A DNA stretch of 64,000 nt from Macrostomum lignano (taxonomy: Eukaryota): the NCBI GenBank assembly GCA_002269645.1, contig NIVC01000260.1, positions 310,001 through 374,000 of the forward strand. Direction: 5' to 3'. Both the position numbers and the translations under genes were made by a program. Position 1 is the stretch's first letter. Every line of letters begins with the position of its first letter. The notes beneath the pieces are model-generated. The model ran no database searches, was not told where the DNA came from, and worked only from the letters and a program-made list of their open reading frames with translations. Positions 1-11,800 of this stretch are shown here, one piece after another.

Positions 1-360
1 GTTGAACAGCGATATGGGCGCTTGTATGCGTGGGTGCAGACAAAGAAAACAATTTCAATATTTCCCGAGCGCATGAGCCTGTCTTTGATAGATGCGTAGC
101 ACGCAGTAAAGAAAAGACTCGAACTCTACCACTACGAGATCTACGAACTAGTCCAATGAGGAATATCACGAGTATTCCAACTGGCAGAACTTAGAGTCTA
201 TAGATTCAATTAAGTATAGATTATAGATTATAAGATTATAAGATCATAGATTCAATTAAGTATTTCCATGTCTTATAAGGGTAAAGACTGCTTTTGAGAA
301 ATTAAATGAGCCCTTAATCAAGTAAAATGGTCGTAAAAGAGAGACAAGAGCAAAAGACAG

Positions 361-455
361 ACCAGCTCAGTGGGTAAACGCGTCCGACTTTCCGTGTGTG
401 TCGACATCAAATTGACGGCCAAAAACCTCAGGGCACAGGGCGTGTACATATCAGT
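361..455 (+). mobile_element. Fragment of a putative tRNA-derived SINE (family B)
   Basis: A-box-like AGCTCAGTGGGTAAACGCG head. CAAATTGACGGCC..CAGGGCACAGGGCGTGTACAT resembles 63864-63912 (GCAATTAACGGCC..AAGGCACAGTGAAGTGTACAT). Confidence 0.35.
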
Positions 456-1012
456 CTTAATTTGTAAAGTTCCAGAAAGGCTCACATACAATACTATTAA
501 AATATCTTAGATGGTATCACTTGCAGACGATAGACAGCATAGTTCGATAATACAAGGAGCGTATCAAATTAATCTTTTATCTTTAGCGCAGCTGTTGCCA
601 GTGTCTGTAACAGTAGGAATACATTTTCCGTCCGTCGAACTGCCAAGAGTAGAAATTCCCTAGGGACAATTTTTTGTTGCACACCTCGAAAAATAAATAA
701 GTCGCTAGCCCTCCATACAGTCGAGATATTCAACGATTCTGCCAGATCAGATTTTTCCAAAAGCTCCAGTGTATTCAATGCACCCCCGTGCACCAATCAG
801 CACTGCGCCTCACTGCGGCCTTGCGAAGCCTCCAAATTTCATCAGCACGTCGACCACACGTGTCTATGTATCTGGTCACTGGCCTTCTTCACCTAGACGG
901 AGCTTCGGGACCTTCAACAGATAGCACCGAGTGACTATGGACACTCTATTGCGAATTTCTCTGATCAAGCCTCATCAGTGGGCAAACCTCAAATGCTGGA
1001 CATCCTCAGCTA

Positions 1013-1489
1013 CGAGGGGTGTCCGGAAATAAAGTTCCGACGCTTTTGATCCCAGAGCAAAAACAGCAGCAGCTGCAAGCACAACTTTTGGTGTCATTTT
1101 AAAGCGGCACGTCTCTTCTTTACAATCAATTCAGTCGCGTGTACTTTGGTTATTTCATTCAAAAGTTGTGTTTAAAGCCATCGAAAAGCCACTGATAGTC
1201 GTACACTCATTGCACACTCATGATGGTGTCGATGATCAGAAAAAACCAAAATACTTGACTAAGCAAAATTTCGCAAGGTGCAAAACAGCGAGATTTGCTT
1301 ACAAGTGACGGAGTGTATAAAATACTCAACACAGAAGGGGTGGGCGGTAAGAGGGATGCACTGTACATTAGAGCCGTTTCGTGAACGCTGATATACTACT
1401 GCTGGTATATGACACCAAAATTTGTGCTTGCAGCTGCTACTGTTTTTGCTCTGGGATCAAAAGCGTCGGAACCTTCCGGACACCCCTCG
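1013..1489. mobile_element. Tc1/mariner-type MITE with ~80-bp TIRs and TA target duplication
   Basis: TA|CGAGGGGTGTCCGGAAA..TTTTGGTGTCAT (1011-1097) is the near-perfect reverse complement of ATGACACCAAAA..TTCCGGACACCCCTCG|TA (1409-1491). No transposase inside. Confidence 0.85.
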
Positions 1490-1895
1490 TAGTTTCTCAA
1501 GCATTCGGTCGTTATCCAGACGCTGTCGGCACCTTCAACTCAAAAGACGGCACGAAGCGACTATGGACACGGTCCGGAGGGCTGGCGACTTGATTCGTGT
1601 TTCAGAAGATGCGCAGAAAAAAATTATCTAAGGGAACCTCCCCCTCCTGGTAGTTCTATTGTTAATACGAGCGTAGACTGTAAAAAAAGAAAAAAAATTC
1701 AAATTTGTTGGATATTTCCTTGCATTTTTGCAACAAATTGACAAGCAGCAATGCAATGCAAGTAAATTTTATTTTAGAATACAATCAGTTTGAATAGTTA
1801 CACAATAAAAATGCTACAGAACAAGCAGGTTAACTAAGCAGTGAGTTTTTGCTAACTGTTATTACATTCCATTAGCTACGAGTTCCGGATTTAGT

Positions 1896-2489
1896 TCAAG
1901 CATCCTTAGGCCTATCGGACAGCTGTCGCCGGTCCAAAATATGATTCTCTGGCAGTTCAAACAGTCTTGGAACCTCATCTAGCTCCTGTTTAGAATACTC
2001 GTCCAAGCGTTTAGGCACAGGTAGCACCTGTTCAATGACGCCAGTAATGTTGTTTAGCAGGTTCTTGTTGACGGTGTCCAAGCCGTCCGGATGCAAGAAC
2101 GCCCTGGCCAGAGCGATAGGCCGCTCCCTGAGTTTGCTAGGCATCGTAGCTCGAATCTCGGACTTCATAACCAGAGTCGGATCTCGGCAGTGCATCTCGC
2201 GCATAGTCTCCTCACGTCTAAACGAAGGAAACCGAGTATGCTGTGTGTACAGCAGCCTGTCCCAGAACCGGCTGTTGTCTTTAGCGGCAATGTGTCGAGT
2301 ATTGATAACCACAACAAAATCGCCAACTTCAGTTAGATCCGGAGCGCTGATTGGTTTGTGCAGTCCGCGTAAATAGCGAGAGATTCGCTCGGCAGACAGC
2401 ATTGGGCACTGCTTGTAGCAGTCGTATAACCAATATTGCCGGGCAAATGTGGCCCATTGAAGGGCTCGCCAGTGAGGATGTGCGGGCAG
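1896..2489 (-). CDS. MRPL13: Mitochondrial ribosomal protein uL13m, main exon; the start codon lies outside this exon
   Basis: Frame reads LPAHPHWRALQWATFARQYWLYD..LRGLHKPI..GDFVVVINTRHIA..RDP..PKRLDEYS..PRLF, matching the metazoan MRPL13 hallmarks QWATFAR, LQGLHKP and PKRLDEY. Acceptor CTTTCAG at 2496-2490 with an in-frame TGA just upstream. A possible 15-nt first exon lies at 2553-2539 (MPNQK). Confidence 0.93.
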   Translation of the reverse strand: MPAHPHWRALQWATFARQYWLYDCYKQCPMLSAERISRYLRGLHKPISAPDLTEVGDFVVVINTRHIAAKDNSRFWDRLLYTQHTRFPSFRREETMREMHCRDPTLVMKSEIRATMPSKLRERPIALARAFLHPDGLDTVNKNLLNNITGVIEQVLPVPKRLDEYSKQELDEVPRLFELPENHILDRRQLSDRPKDA

Positions 2490-2637
2490 CTGAAAGTTCA
2501 GTCAGTTCGTAGTTTGTCTTTTAGATAATTTAATGAACTTTTTGGTTGGGCATTGCTAGCACTTCGGGTTTATTGTGCTGAACGCTTTTCGGAGTTGGGG
2601 CTTTTTAGGTTTGTCATCAGCCCCCCCCCCCTCCCTG

Positions 2638-3332
2638 AAGAGAGGAGACGAGAGGAGGAGAGAGACGAAAGGACAAGGGAAGGGAGAGAAGAGAAGGGAG
2701 TGGAGAGGAGGGGAGGGGGAGAGGAGGGAGTAGAGAGGTGGGAGAGGAAGAAGAAAACAAGAGGGTAGAGAATGGAGAAGAGAGAAGAGAGTGGAGAAGA
2801 TTGGATAGAAAGGAGTGGAGAGGAGGGAGAGAAAGGAAAGGAGAGGAGAGGAGGGAGAGAAGGGAGTGGAGAGGAGGGAGAGAAAGGAAAGGAGAGGAGG
2901 GGAAATGACGGAGAGGAGAGGAGGGAAGAGAAGGGAGGGGAGAGAAGGGAGGCGAGAGGAGGGAGAGAAGGGAGTGGAGAGGAGGGAGAGGAAGAAGAAA
3001 ACAGGAGGGTACAGAATGGAGAAGAGAGAAGAGAGAAAGGGGAGAGAAGGGGAGAAGGGAGGGCAGAGAAGGGAGGCGAGAGGAGGGAGTGGAGAGGAGG
3101 GAAGAGAAGGGAGGGGAGAGAAGGGGAGAAGGGAGGGGAGAGAAGAGGGGAGAGAAGGGGAGAGAAAGGAAGGGAGAGGAGGGGAGAGAAGGGAGGGGAG
3201 ATGAGGGAGAGGAGAGGAGGGAAGAGAAGTGAGAGGAGAGAAGGGGAGAAGAGAGAAGAGAGAAGAGGGGAGAGAAGGGGAGAAGGGAGGGGAGAGAAGG
3301 GAAGAGAAGGGAGAAGAGAGAAGGGAAGGCAA
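2638..3332. repeat. Purine-rich (GA/GGAGA) low-complexity tract
   Basis: Almost exclusively G and A on the plus strand. Confidence 0.9.
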
Positions 3333-3837
3333 GGGACTACTAGGTTGAGCAGGCCGGATTGCTATTGTGAAATTTTAAAGGACCCGAGGACCGGGTAGAG
3401 AGGCTTGGCAGATCCGCATGTGGCCGGCGGGCCGGATAGTAAGCTCAAAATAGCAGCCTGTTTCTGTATTTCTTTTTTTACTCAATCTAAGTTAGATCAA
3501 AACAGGTAAATTAAATAACAGACTAAGCAAAATTGCATATTCAATCAGCAACTGCAAAAATCACTTTATTAATTCTGAATAATATTCAATACAAAGAGGC
3601 AGATACGAATAAGGATTGCCAAGTTACAAAAAGCATTAATAACAAGGCATGCAATGATTTACAATCGAATACTTATTTATTAGACAAAATACCTGCAAAT
3701 TGTTACGACATAAAAATTCAATACGCCACCCGCATAAGCAGGAAATCTCTATGGGCATGTACGGCATTTTTTGTACATGAATTCTATGGATTCTTCATGG
3801 CAAAGAATAATTGGCTATGCGCAACAAACAATAGATT

Positions 3838-5256
3838 TAGCGCCATCAGAGACACTAATTTGGCGCTATTGGACACTAATTTTAGCGCCACCATGGACAC
3901 TAATTTTAGCGCCATTATGGACACTAAATTTAGCGCCATTATGGACACCAAATTTAGCGCCATCATGGACACTAATTTTAGCGCCACCATGGACACTAAT
4001 TTTAGCGCCATTATGGACACTAATTTTAGCGCCATTATGGACACTAATTTTAGCGCCACAATGGACACTAATTTTAGCGCCATGATGGACACTAATTTTA
4101 GCGCCACCATGGACACTAATTTTAGCGCCATTATGGACACCAAATTTAGCGCCATCATGGACACTAATTTTAGCGCCACCATGGACACTAATTTTAGCGC
4201 CATTATGGACACTAATTTTAGCGCCATGATGGACACCAAATTTAGCGCCATGATGGACACTAATTTTAGCGCCATGATGGACACTAATTTTAGCGCCATT
4301 ATGGACACCAAATTTAGCGCCATCGTGGACACTAATTTTAGTGCCACAATGGACACTAATTTTAGCGCCATGATGGACACTAATTTTAGCGCCATGATGA
4401 ACACCAAATTTAGCGCCATCATGGACACTAATTTTAGCGCCACAATGGACACTAATTTTAGCGCCATGATGGACACTAATTTTAGCGCCATTATGGACAC
4501 TAATTTTAGCGCCATGATGGACACCAAATTTAGCGCCATGATGGACACTAATTTTAGCGCCATGATGGACACTAATTTTAGCGCCATTATGTGTCCATCA
4601 TGGCGCTAAATTTGGTGTCCATCATGGACACTAATTTTAGCACCGTCATGGACACTAATTTTAGCACCGTCATGGACACTAATTTTAGCGCCATCATGGA
4701 CACTAATTTTAGCACCGTCATGGACACTAATTTTAGCACCGTCATGGACACTAATTTTAGCACCGTCATGGACACTAATTTTAGCACCGTCATGGACACT
4801 AATTTTAGCACCGTCATGGACACTAATTTTAGCACCGTCATGGACACTAATTTTAGCACCGTCATGGACACTAATTTTAGCACCGTCATGGACACTAATT
4901 TTAGCACCGTCATGGACACTAATTTTAGCGCCATCATGGACACTAATTTTAGCGCCATGATGGACACTAATTTTAGCACCGTCATGGACACTAATTTTAG
5001 CACCGTCATGGACACTAATTTTAGCGCCATCATGGACACTAATTTTAGCACCGTCATGGACACTAATTTTAGCACCGTCATGGACACTAATTTTAGCACC
5101 GTCATGGACACTAATTTTAGCACCGTCATGGACACTAATTTTAGCACCGTCATGGACACTAATTTTAGCACCGTCATGGACACTAATTTTAGCACCGTCA
5201 TGGACACTAATTTTAGCACCGTCATGGACACTAATTTTAGCGCCATTATGGACACC
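3838..5256. repeat. 24-bp minisatellite ATGGACACTAATTTTAGCGCCATT with two sub-arrays and an internal 32-bp inversion
   Basis: Period 24 is visible directly. GCC-type units lie before 4590 and mostly ACCGTC-type units after 4623. Confidence 0.95.
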
Positions 5257-5513
5257 AACGATAGATCTCAGATGGTGTATTCGTAAATACAACTATTGTT
5301 GGATAATTATACTGTATAAAATACAAACAATGCTTCAAGTAAACAGTTAGCTAAAGTTTTTTTTCGTATAAAATTATATTTATTACAAAATCAGAACTAT
5401 AAATCGACTGATATATTGCTACTGATAGTAGTGCATGGAAAAATCACTGCGACAATAATTAGGAAAGACAAAATCGCATAGTTCAAAATCGCCACATAGG
5501 CATCATGATTATG

Positions 5514-5773
5514 CCGTATAAAAGTGGGTGGGACGGCACAGTGTCATTTTTTGTGACACCGCCTGTCACACTTGTGACCGTCAAGTTAATAATGTGACCC
5601 TGCAATCTGACCGTCGCAAACAACTTAGTATGAGTGACCATTTATTTGACAGTCACATTTGAGGGTCACATTGACGGTCTCATGAGTGACCATTTATTTG
5701 ACGGTCACATCCAAGGGTCACATGCGATACAGTTGTTTGATGGTCAAAATGTGACCAACCCACTTTTATACGG
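5514..5773. mobile_element. Small MITE-like element with 16-bp TIRs
   Basis: CCGTATAAAAGTGGGT (5514-5529) and ACCCACTTTTATACGG (5758-5773) are exact reverse complements. Internal GTGACC/GGTCAC subterminal repeats. No clear TSD. Confidence 0.7.
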
Positions 5774-5844
5774 GTAGTTATTATGGCACGCAGAATTTAA
5801 GGACACGGGAACCAACATTTGAAAATAAACTTCTTGACCCGAAC

Positions 5845-8800
5845 TCAACGCTTCATAGCCTGAGTCCAGTCGTGAAGAGTATCAATCAGCTGAGGCATGA
5901 AAGCTGACAGACTGTCTTGGATCACTTTCACAATATGCTGAGTGGCCTCTTCGTCAGTGAGATGCAGACAGAATCGGTCAGTCAGCTTCTTCAGCGTCTT
6001 GTCCGGCTCCATAGCGATTTCTGGCACGCTGGAGTCCAGCATGAGAGAGAACAGATTAACAATGACGCTGGCGTGCCGGCGCAGACTTTTATAAGCGGTG
6101 TCGCAGTGCTTGAGGAAGGCAATAAACTCCTGACTATCCTGACCGCCCATCGCTGCCACCATGCCGTCTGTCAGCTTCATTGGCGGCGGCATCACTTTGG
6201 GATCGCGGCCAAGAATGAAGCCGAAATCAATGTGGAACAGGCGGCCATCTCTGGTCAGCATCAGGTTGTCCAGGTGCCTGTCGCCCACACCCAGCAGGTA
6301 GGTCACTATGCAGTAGCCGGCACAGGAGCGAACATAGTTCTCTAGGACTTCCGATTTGACACCGTAGGGACTGGCTGGGCTGCTGCCGCACTGGCGCAGG
6401 TAGTTCAGTACAGAGGTTTGCACCGAGCTCAGCGGCACCTGCGGGGGGAGGCAGGTAGGGATGGAGGTGTTACAGTTGACAACTTTATTGAAGACTGTTT
6501 CAGGAAATTAAAGTTGCGGGGCTGAGACAAAACACAGGGCGAGAAAACAGATGATCGGGTGAGTGATCGAGAGATTAGAAGAGAAGAGGGAGATTAGACG
6601 TGAAAGGGAGATCACAGGTGAGAGGGAGATTAGACGTGAAAGGGAGATCACAGGTGAGAGGGAGATCACAGGTGAGAGAGGGAGATCACAGGTGAGAGGG
6701 AGATCACAGGTGAGAGAGGGAGATCACAGGTGAGAGAGGGAGATCACAGGTGAGACAGGGAGATCACAGGTGAGAGAGGGAGATCACAGGTGAGAGAGGG
6801 AGATCACAGGTGAGAGGGAGATCACAGGTGAGGGGGAGGTTAGACGTGAAAGGGAGATCACAGGTGAGAAGATCACAGGTGAGAGAGGGAGATCACAGGT
6901 GAGAGGGAGATCACAGGTGAGAGAGGGAGATCACAGGTGAGAGGGAGATCACAGGTGAGAGAGGGAGATCACAGGTGAGAGAGGGAGATCACAGGTAGAG
7001 AGGGAGATCACAGGTGAGAGGGCCATACCGAATCGATGCACTGCACAAAGCCCTGCTCGCGGCCGGTGGCCAACACCCGATAAGGCGTGAGTCTGAGATC
7101 GACATTCTCCTGCCTGAGCAGCCGGTCCATCAGCTCAATCATCTGCATCACTAACTGATCTTGCCGAAGATCGTCGCCATATTTAAATATCGTAGTGTAA
7201 GCTTTAGCGCTTCTAGGAGGCGATTTCTGCTGTTGCTGCTGCTGAGGCGCCGGTTCCAATAGGAATTTAATCCTAGCCGGCATTCGAGAACTTTTAAACA
7301 GACCAGCGGAGCGGCTGTCCAAGCCTACGGCTCTGTAGGACGGATCCAGCATGAATTGGAATGGGAAAAATGTCTGCTTGGCCAGCTTAGCCTGGTGCTG
7401 CTGCTGCTGCTCAGCTACGGTTTTTCCAACGCTGGCGTTGGCGACGGCCGATGTCGGGGAAGCCGACGCTGAGTCCCGGCGGGCGTGAGCAGCGGCGCTA
7501 GGGAATTCCTCATCTAGTCGGACTCGAAGCAGTTCCTCTTTTTTTAATCGATCGCCCCGTTCGGAGTTCACCGCGGTTAGAATTGTTGCTAGGCGAGCGA
7601 CAAAACGGTCTTGACGTTTCAGATCGAGCGCGAGGCTGCGCTGGTCCAGGTTGCCGTTTTTCAACCGCTGAAGCAGCCGGTTGCGTACCTGCCAGGTGGG
7701 GTGGGGTTTTAGAGATTGGAATGCGATTCTGAGGGATTAGAGAGCCGATTCTGAGGGATTAGAGAGCCGATTCTGAAAGATTAGAGAGGCGATTCTGAAA
7801 GATTAGAGAGGCGAATCCGGGGGATTAGTGAGGCGATTCCGAGGGATTAGAGAGGCGATTCCGGGGGATTAGAGAGCCGATTCTGAGAGATGAGAGACCC
7901 GATTCTGAGAGATGAGAGATCCGATTCTGAGAGATGAGAGATCCGATTCTGAGATATGAGAGATCCGATTCTGAGAGATGAGAGAGGCGATTCTGAGATA
8001 TGAGAGAGGCGATTATGGGGGATTAGAGAGGCGATTCCGGGGGATTAGAGAGGCGATTCTGAGGGATTAGAGAGGCGATTCTGAAAGATTAGAGAGGAGA
8101 TTCTGAGAGATGAGAGAGCCGATTCTGAGAGATGAGAGAGCCGATTCTGAGAGATGAGAGATCCGATTCTGAGTGATGAGAGATCCGATTCTGAGAGATG
8201 AGAGATCCGATTCTGAGATATGAGAGAGACGATTATGAGAGATGAGAGAGGCGATTCTGAGATATGAGAGAGGCGATTATGGGGGATTAGAGAGGCGATT
8301 CCGGGGGATTAGAGAGGCGATTCTGAGGGATTAGAGAGGCGATTCTGAGGGATTAGAGAGGCGATTGTGAAAGATTAGAGAGGCGATTCTGAGAGATTAG
8401 AGACCCGATTCTGAGATTAGAGATCCGATTCTGAGAGATGAGAGAGCCGATTCTGAGATTAGAGATCAGATTCTGAGAGATTAGAGACCCGATTCTGAGA
8501 GATGAGAGAGCCGATTCTGAGATTAGAGACATGAATCGGGGAAAATCAGTGGGTGATTCTCTATGCCGATGGGAGTAAGAGGGGCAAACTCTGATCTGAG
8601 GAGACAAAATAACAATTAAAAATTTGCACCTGTCCGAAGAACTTCTCTCCCTCGCCAGCGTCCTCAGCCTCCACAGTGAGGTACCAATAGAACAGCTGGG
8701 CCAGCCGGCCGCCCTGCCGCTTGCAGCAGTGGTCGATCAGGAAATTAGTCAGCGGCTCGTCCGAGGCGGCCCCGGCGTGTCGGCGATAACTAATCGGACC

Positions 8801-11800
8801 TTCGTCCTCGGCTAGGGCTTCGGTGAGCAGGTGCTCAACTGCCGAAGATGAAGAATTGCTTGTTGCAGATTTTTGAGATGTGGTTGCGTCGAATGTCTGC
8901 TGCTGCTGAGAAGAGATCGATGATGAGTCGGCAGAAGATGATTGCTCCTGCTGCTGCTGCTGTTGCTGCTTTCGCGAAGATGCAGGACCTCCGATAGGCG
9001 GCTGGGAGGCTGGCTGCTGGTATTCATATCGCAGCGCCTGCACCAGCTGCGGCAGGTAGAGCAACTGCGGACAGGTGGGTTATGAAATTGGGAGTGGGGT
9101 GTAAGGCACATGGAAACCTGAGTACTTCACTTCAGTCACGACCTCTGATTCGATTCCGTGAATGGAGAGTGCGATGGAGAGACGACTATTGAGTCACGAG
9201 CGCATCACGTGAGCTGTAGAATCGTAAAAGGAGTCCCCGAAATAGTCGTCCAAGACTCGCTGTGTTAGCGCGTAACTTCCTACTGACTCTCAAGTAGACT
9301 ACAGCGACTCTGGCAGGTCTCAGATACAGACTCTACGGCCACAAGAGTCGTTTCAGAGTCGCAGACTCTTACCAGTTCGTCCATAGGCGACTTGGCCAGC
9401 CTGCTGACAGCGTAGTGCCGAACAGCCGGGTGCGGGAAATCCGGCGACAGCAGCTCCAAGGCCTCGGCCGAGTCCAGGGCCTGCCAGTGCCGAATCAGGC
9501 CCAGAGCCTGCTGAACCTCGGCCGGCCTGGTGAAATCTATGCAGCGTAGAAATTTGCCCAACGCTCGCTTATAGCGGCTGAGATAGTAGCGGTACTTCCA
9601 CACCAGGTCGCGCTCCTCCATGCTGATCTCGCGGTGCGGCGGGTAAGCCATGATGGCGTGCAGGCAGTCGCGCTCGACAGCGTTCGGCTTTCGTTCGCGA
9701 TCGAATGCGCCGCGCGAGACGCCGCGCTCGATGGCGTGATGCTTCTCCTCGGACAGATTGGCCGCGTTGATGTCCGGATCGGGGCACACGACCAGGTCTG
9801 CGGGCCCGGTCTGGAGAAGGTGGGTGAAGGTCTTCTTAAGGAAACTGCTGGCAAGACATAATCATAATAATTGGGTACACCTGACCCAATCGGGCCAGAT
9901 GTGCAACCGACAGCTCAGCCGCAGCTATTGCGCGGCGCATCTGAAGGCTGCGTACGACTGCTCAGTCCAAGGACTGGGGGGGGGGGGTCGCCACACGCAC
10001 CCTCAATTACCCCAGCTAATGCTGGCACCCATTTTACAGCCGAGTGAACTGAAGCAGAGTAGAGTCAAGTGTCTTGCTCAAGGACACAAACTGTTAAAGT
10101 GTCCTTGTTAAAGTAGGACGATTTCTTAGAAAACTGGTTACAACGGCACTTTTTCAAACTTAACTGTTTTAAGAGAAAACGGTTCTAGCTTCTGTGCTAG
10201 TAGCTCGTAGTATCTGTGAAACATGTATTCTAAGTTAATTTGAAATTGTGTGTAAATATTATTCTGGCATTTAAATTAAAAATTCATTTTGCACGAAACA
10301 ACCCCCATCTGCAACTGGGCCCCGCCCTCTGTGTGAGTTGTTTAGTTCGCACATCGCATTTCAGACCAGCTTTAACACCCCATCTCTTTCTTCTATCGTC
10401 TATCAGACTGGGTAAACGATAAAACTCAATTAACACCGCAAATTGCGAGCCCGAGAGAAGAGTCATAAAACGCCTTAGCTTTTATTGTGAATGTACATTC
10501 TACACTGTACATTGGCCAAGGAGAGGCCTAAATGGTTGAACTGAAGAATTAAATTCAAACGGAGCGCCCATTGAAAGCATTAAAAAAAAGCATCGTTTTT
10601 CGAATATTTGACCCACTTCCTATTCGGATTTTTTTCTTCAAAAAAAAGTTATGCATGACCGCCGAAAAACAACAATTTTTTCAAAAAAATCGGCCAGACG
10701 GTCCTCAAAAAACAATTACTGACAGACAAACAGCGCAAAATTAGTATATAGACTAGCTATTAGCGCCCCCCCGTTGGGGACCCAACAAAGAATTGAGTAC
10801 AATATTTTTAATAAACTACATGTAGCTTCTAACCTCAGCCTTGACAGCTCAGCAATTCTCAGTGCATAGATTAGCGGTTGTTAAACACACCTGAGGCAGC
10901 AGCCGATGCGCGTCTCGTTCAAAGTACACGACCGAGTGCTCCAACGAGTCCAGCAGAAACTTCTGAAATGTCACATTAAGAAACATCAGGCCGCCACGGC
11001 GCCGCTTCTCAGCCACTATCCGCACCTCCAAATCTTTCAAAGCCAGCTGGTCCTGCCAGTCAATTTTATTGATGCTGCCCTCCGAATAGCGTTTGCGAAC
11101 TTTCAACAGGCGGGACAGCTCCGGGTAGCTGGTCTTGCCCACTTTGCCCGGCGTCACGCCCGGCTCGGCCACCTGTCCGGGCCACACAACCAGCTCGTAC
11201 ATGCCGCGGCGCATCTGGCCGCGCTTGCTGAACACAGATACACAGCTGCCGCCTATTGGTCGGCGCCTATGGGAGATTGCGGTAGCGATTAAGCTGCTGC
11301 TGTTGCTGGCTGTGCACTACTGTTAGTAGTAATATTTAGCTAAACTGGACTGAATAGGGTGTCTTGGCAATCTGGATAGCTAACGGCTGATACAGAAGGA
11401 TCTGGGAGGGTGAGATCTAGGCCCAGGCCGAGGATCTGACCAACTGAGGATCTGACCAACTGAGAATCTGACCAACTGAGAATCTGACCAACTGAGGATA
11501 TGACCAACTGAGAATCTGACCAACTGAGGATCTGACCAACTGAGAATCTGAACAACTGAGAATCTGACCAACTGAGGATCTGACCAACTGAGAATCTGAC
11601 CAACTGAGGATCTGAACAACTGAGAATCTGAACAACTGAGGATCTGACCAACTGAGGATCTGACCAACTGAGGATCTGACCAACTGAGGATCTGACCAAC
11701 TGAGAATCTGACCAACTGAGGATCTGACCAACTGAGAATCTGACCAACTGAGGATCTGAACAACTGAGGATCTGACCAACTGAGAATCTGACCAAATGAG

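Noticed and set aside
780-1010. CTGATGAG on the minus strand as a possible hammerhead ribozyme or Penelope pLTR
   Set aside because: No stem II closed by C-GAAA and no convincing stems I/III. The adjacent 75-aa ORF is not a recognisable GIY-YIG domain.
2556-5292. Long ORFs (258, 358, 267, 231 aa etc.) with SLP/GER or MDTNFSAI repeats
   Set aside because: Translations of a GA-rich tract and a 24-bp minisatellite, open in several frames on both strands, with no unique coding flanks.
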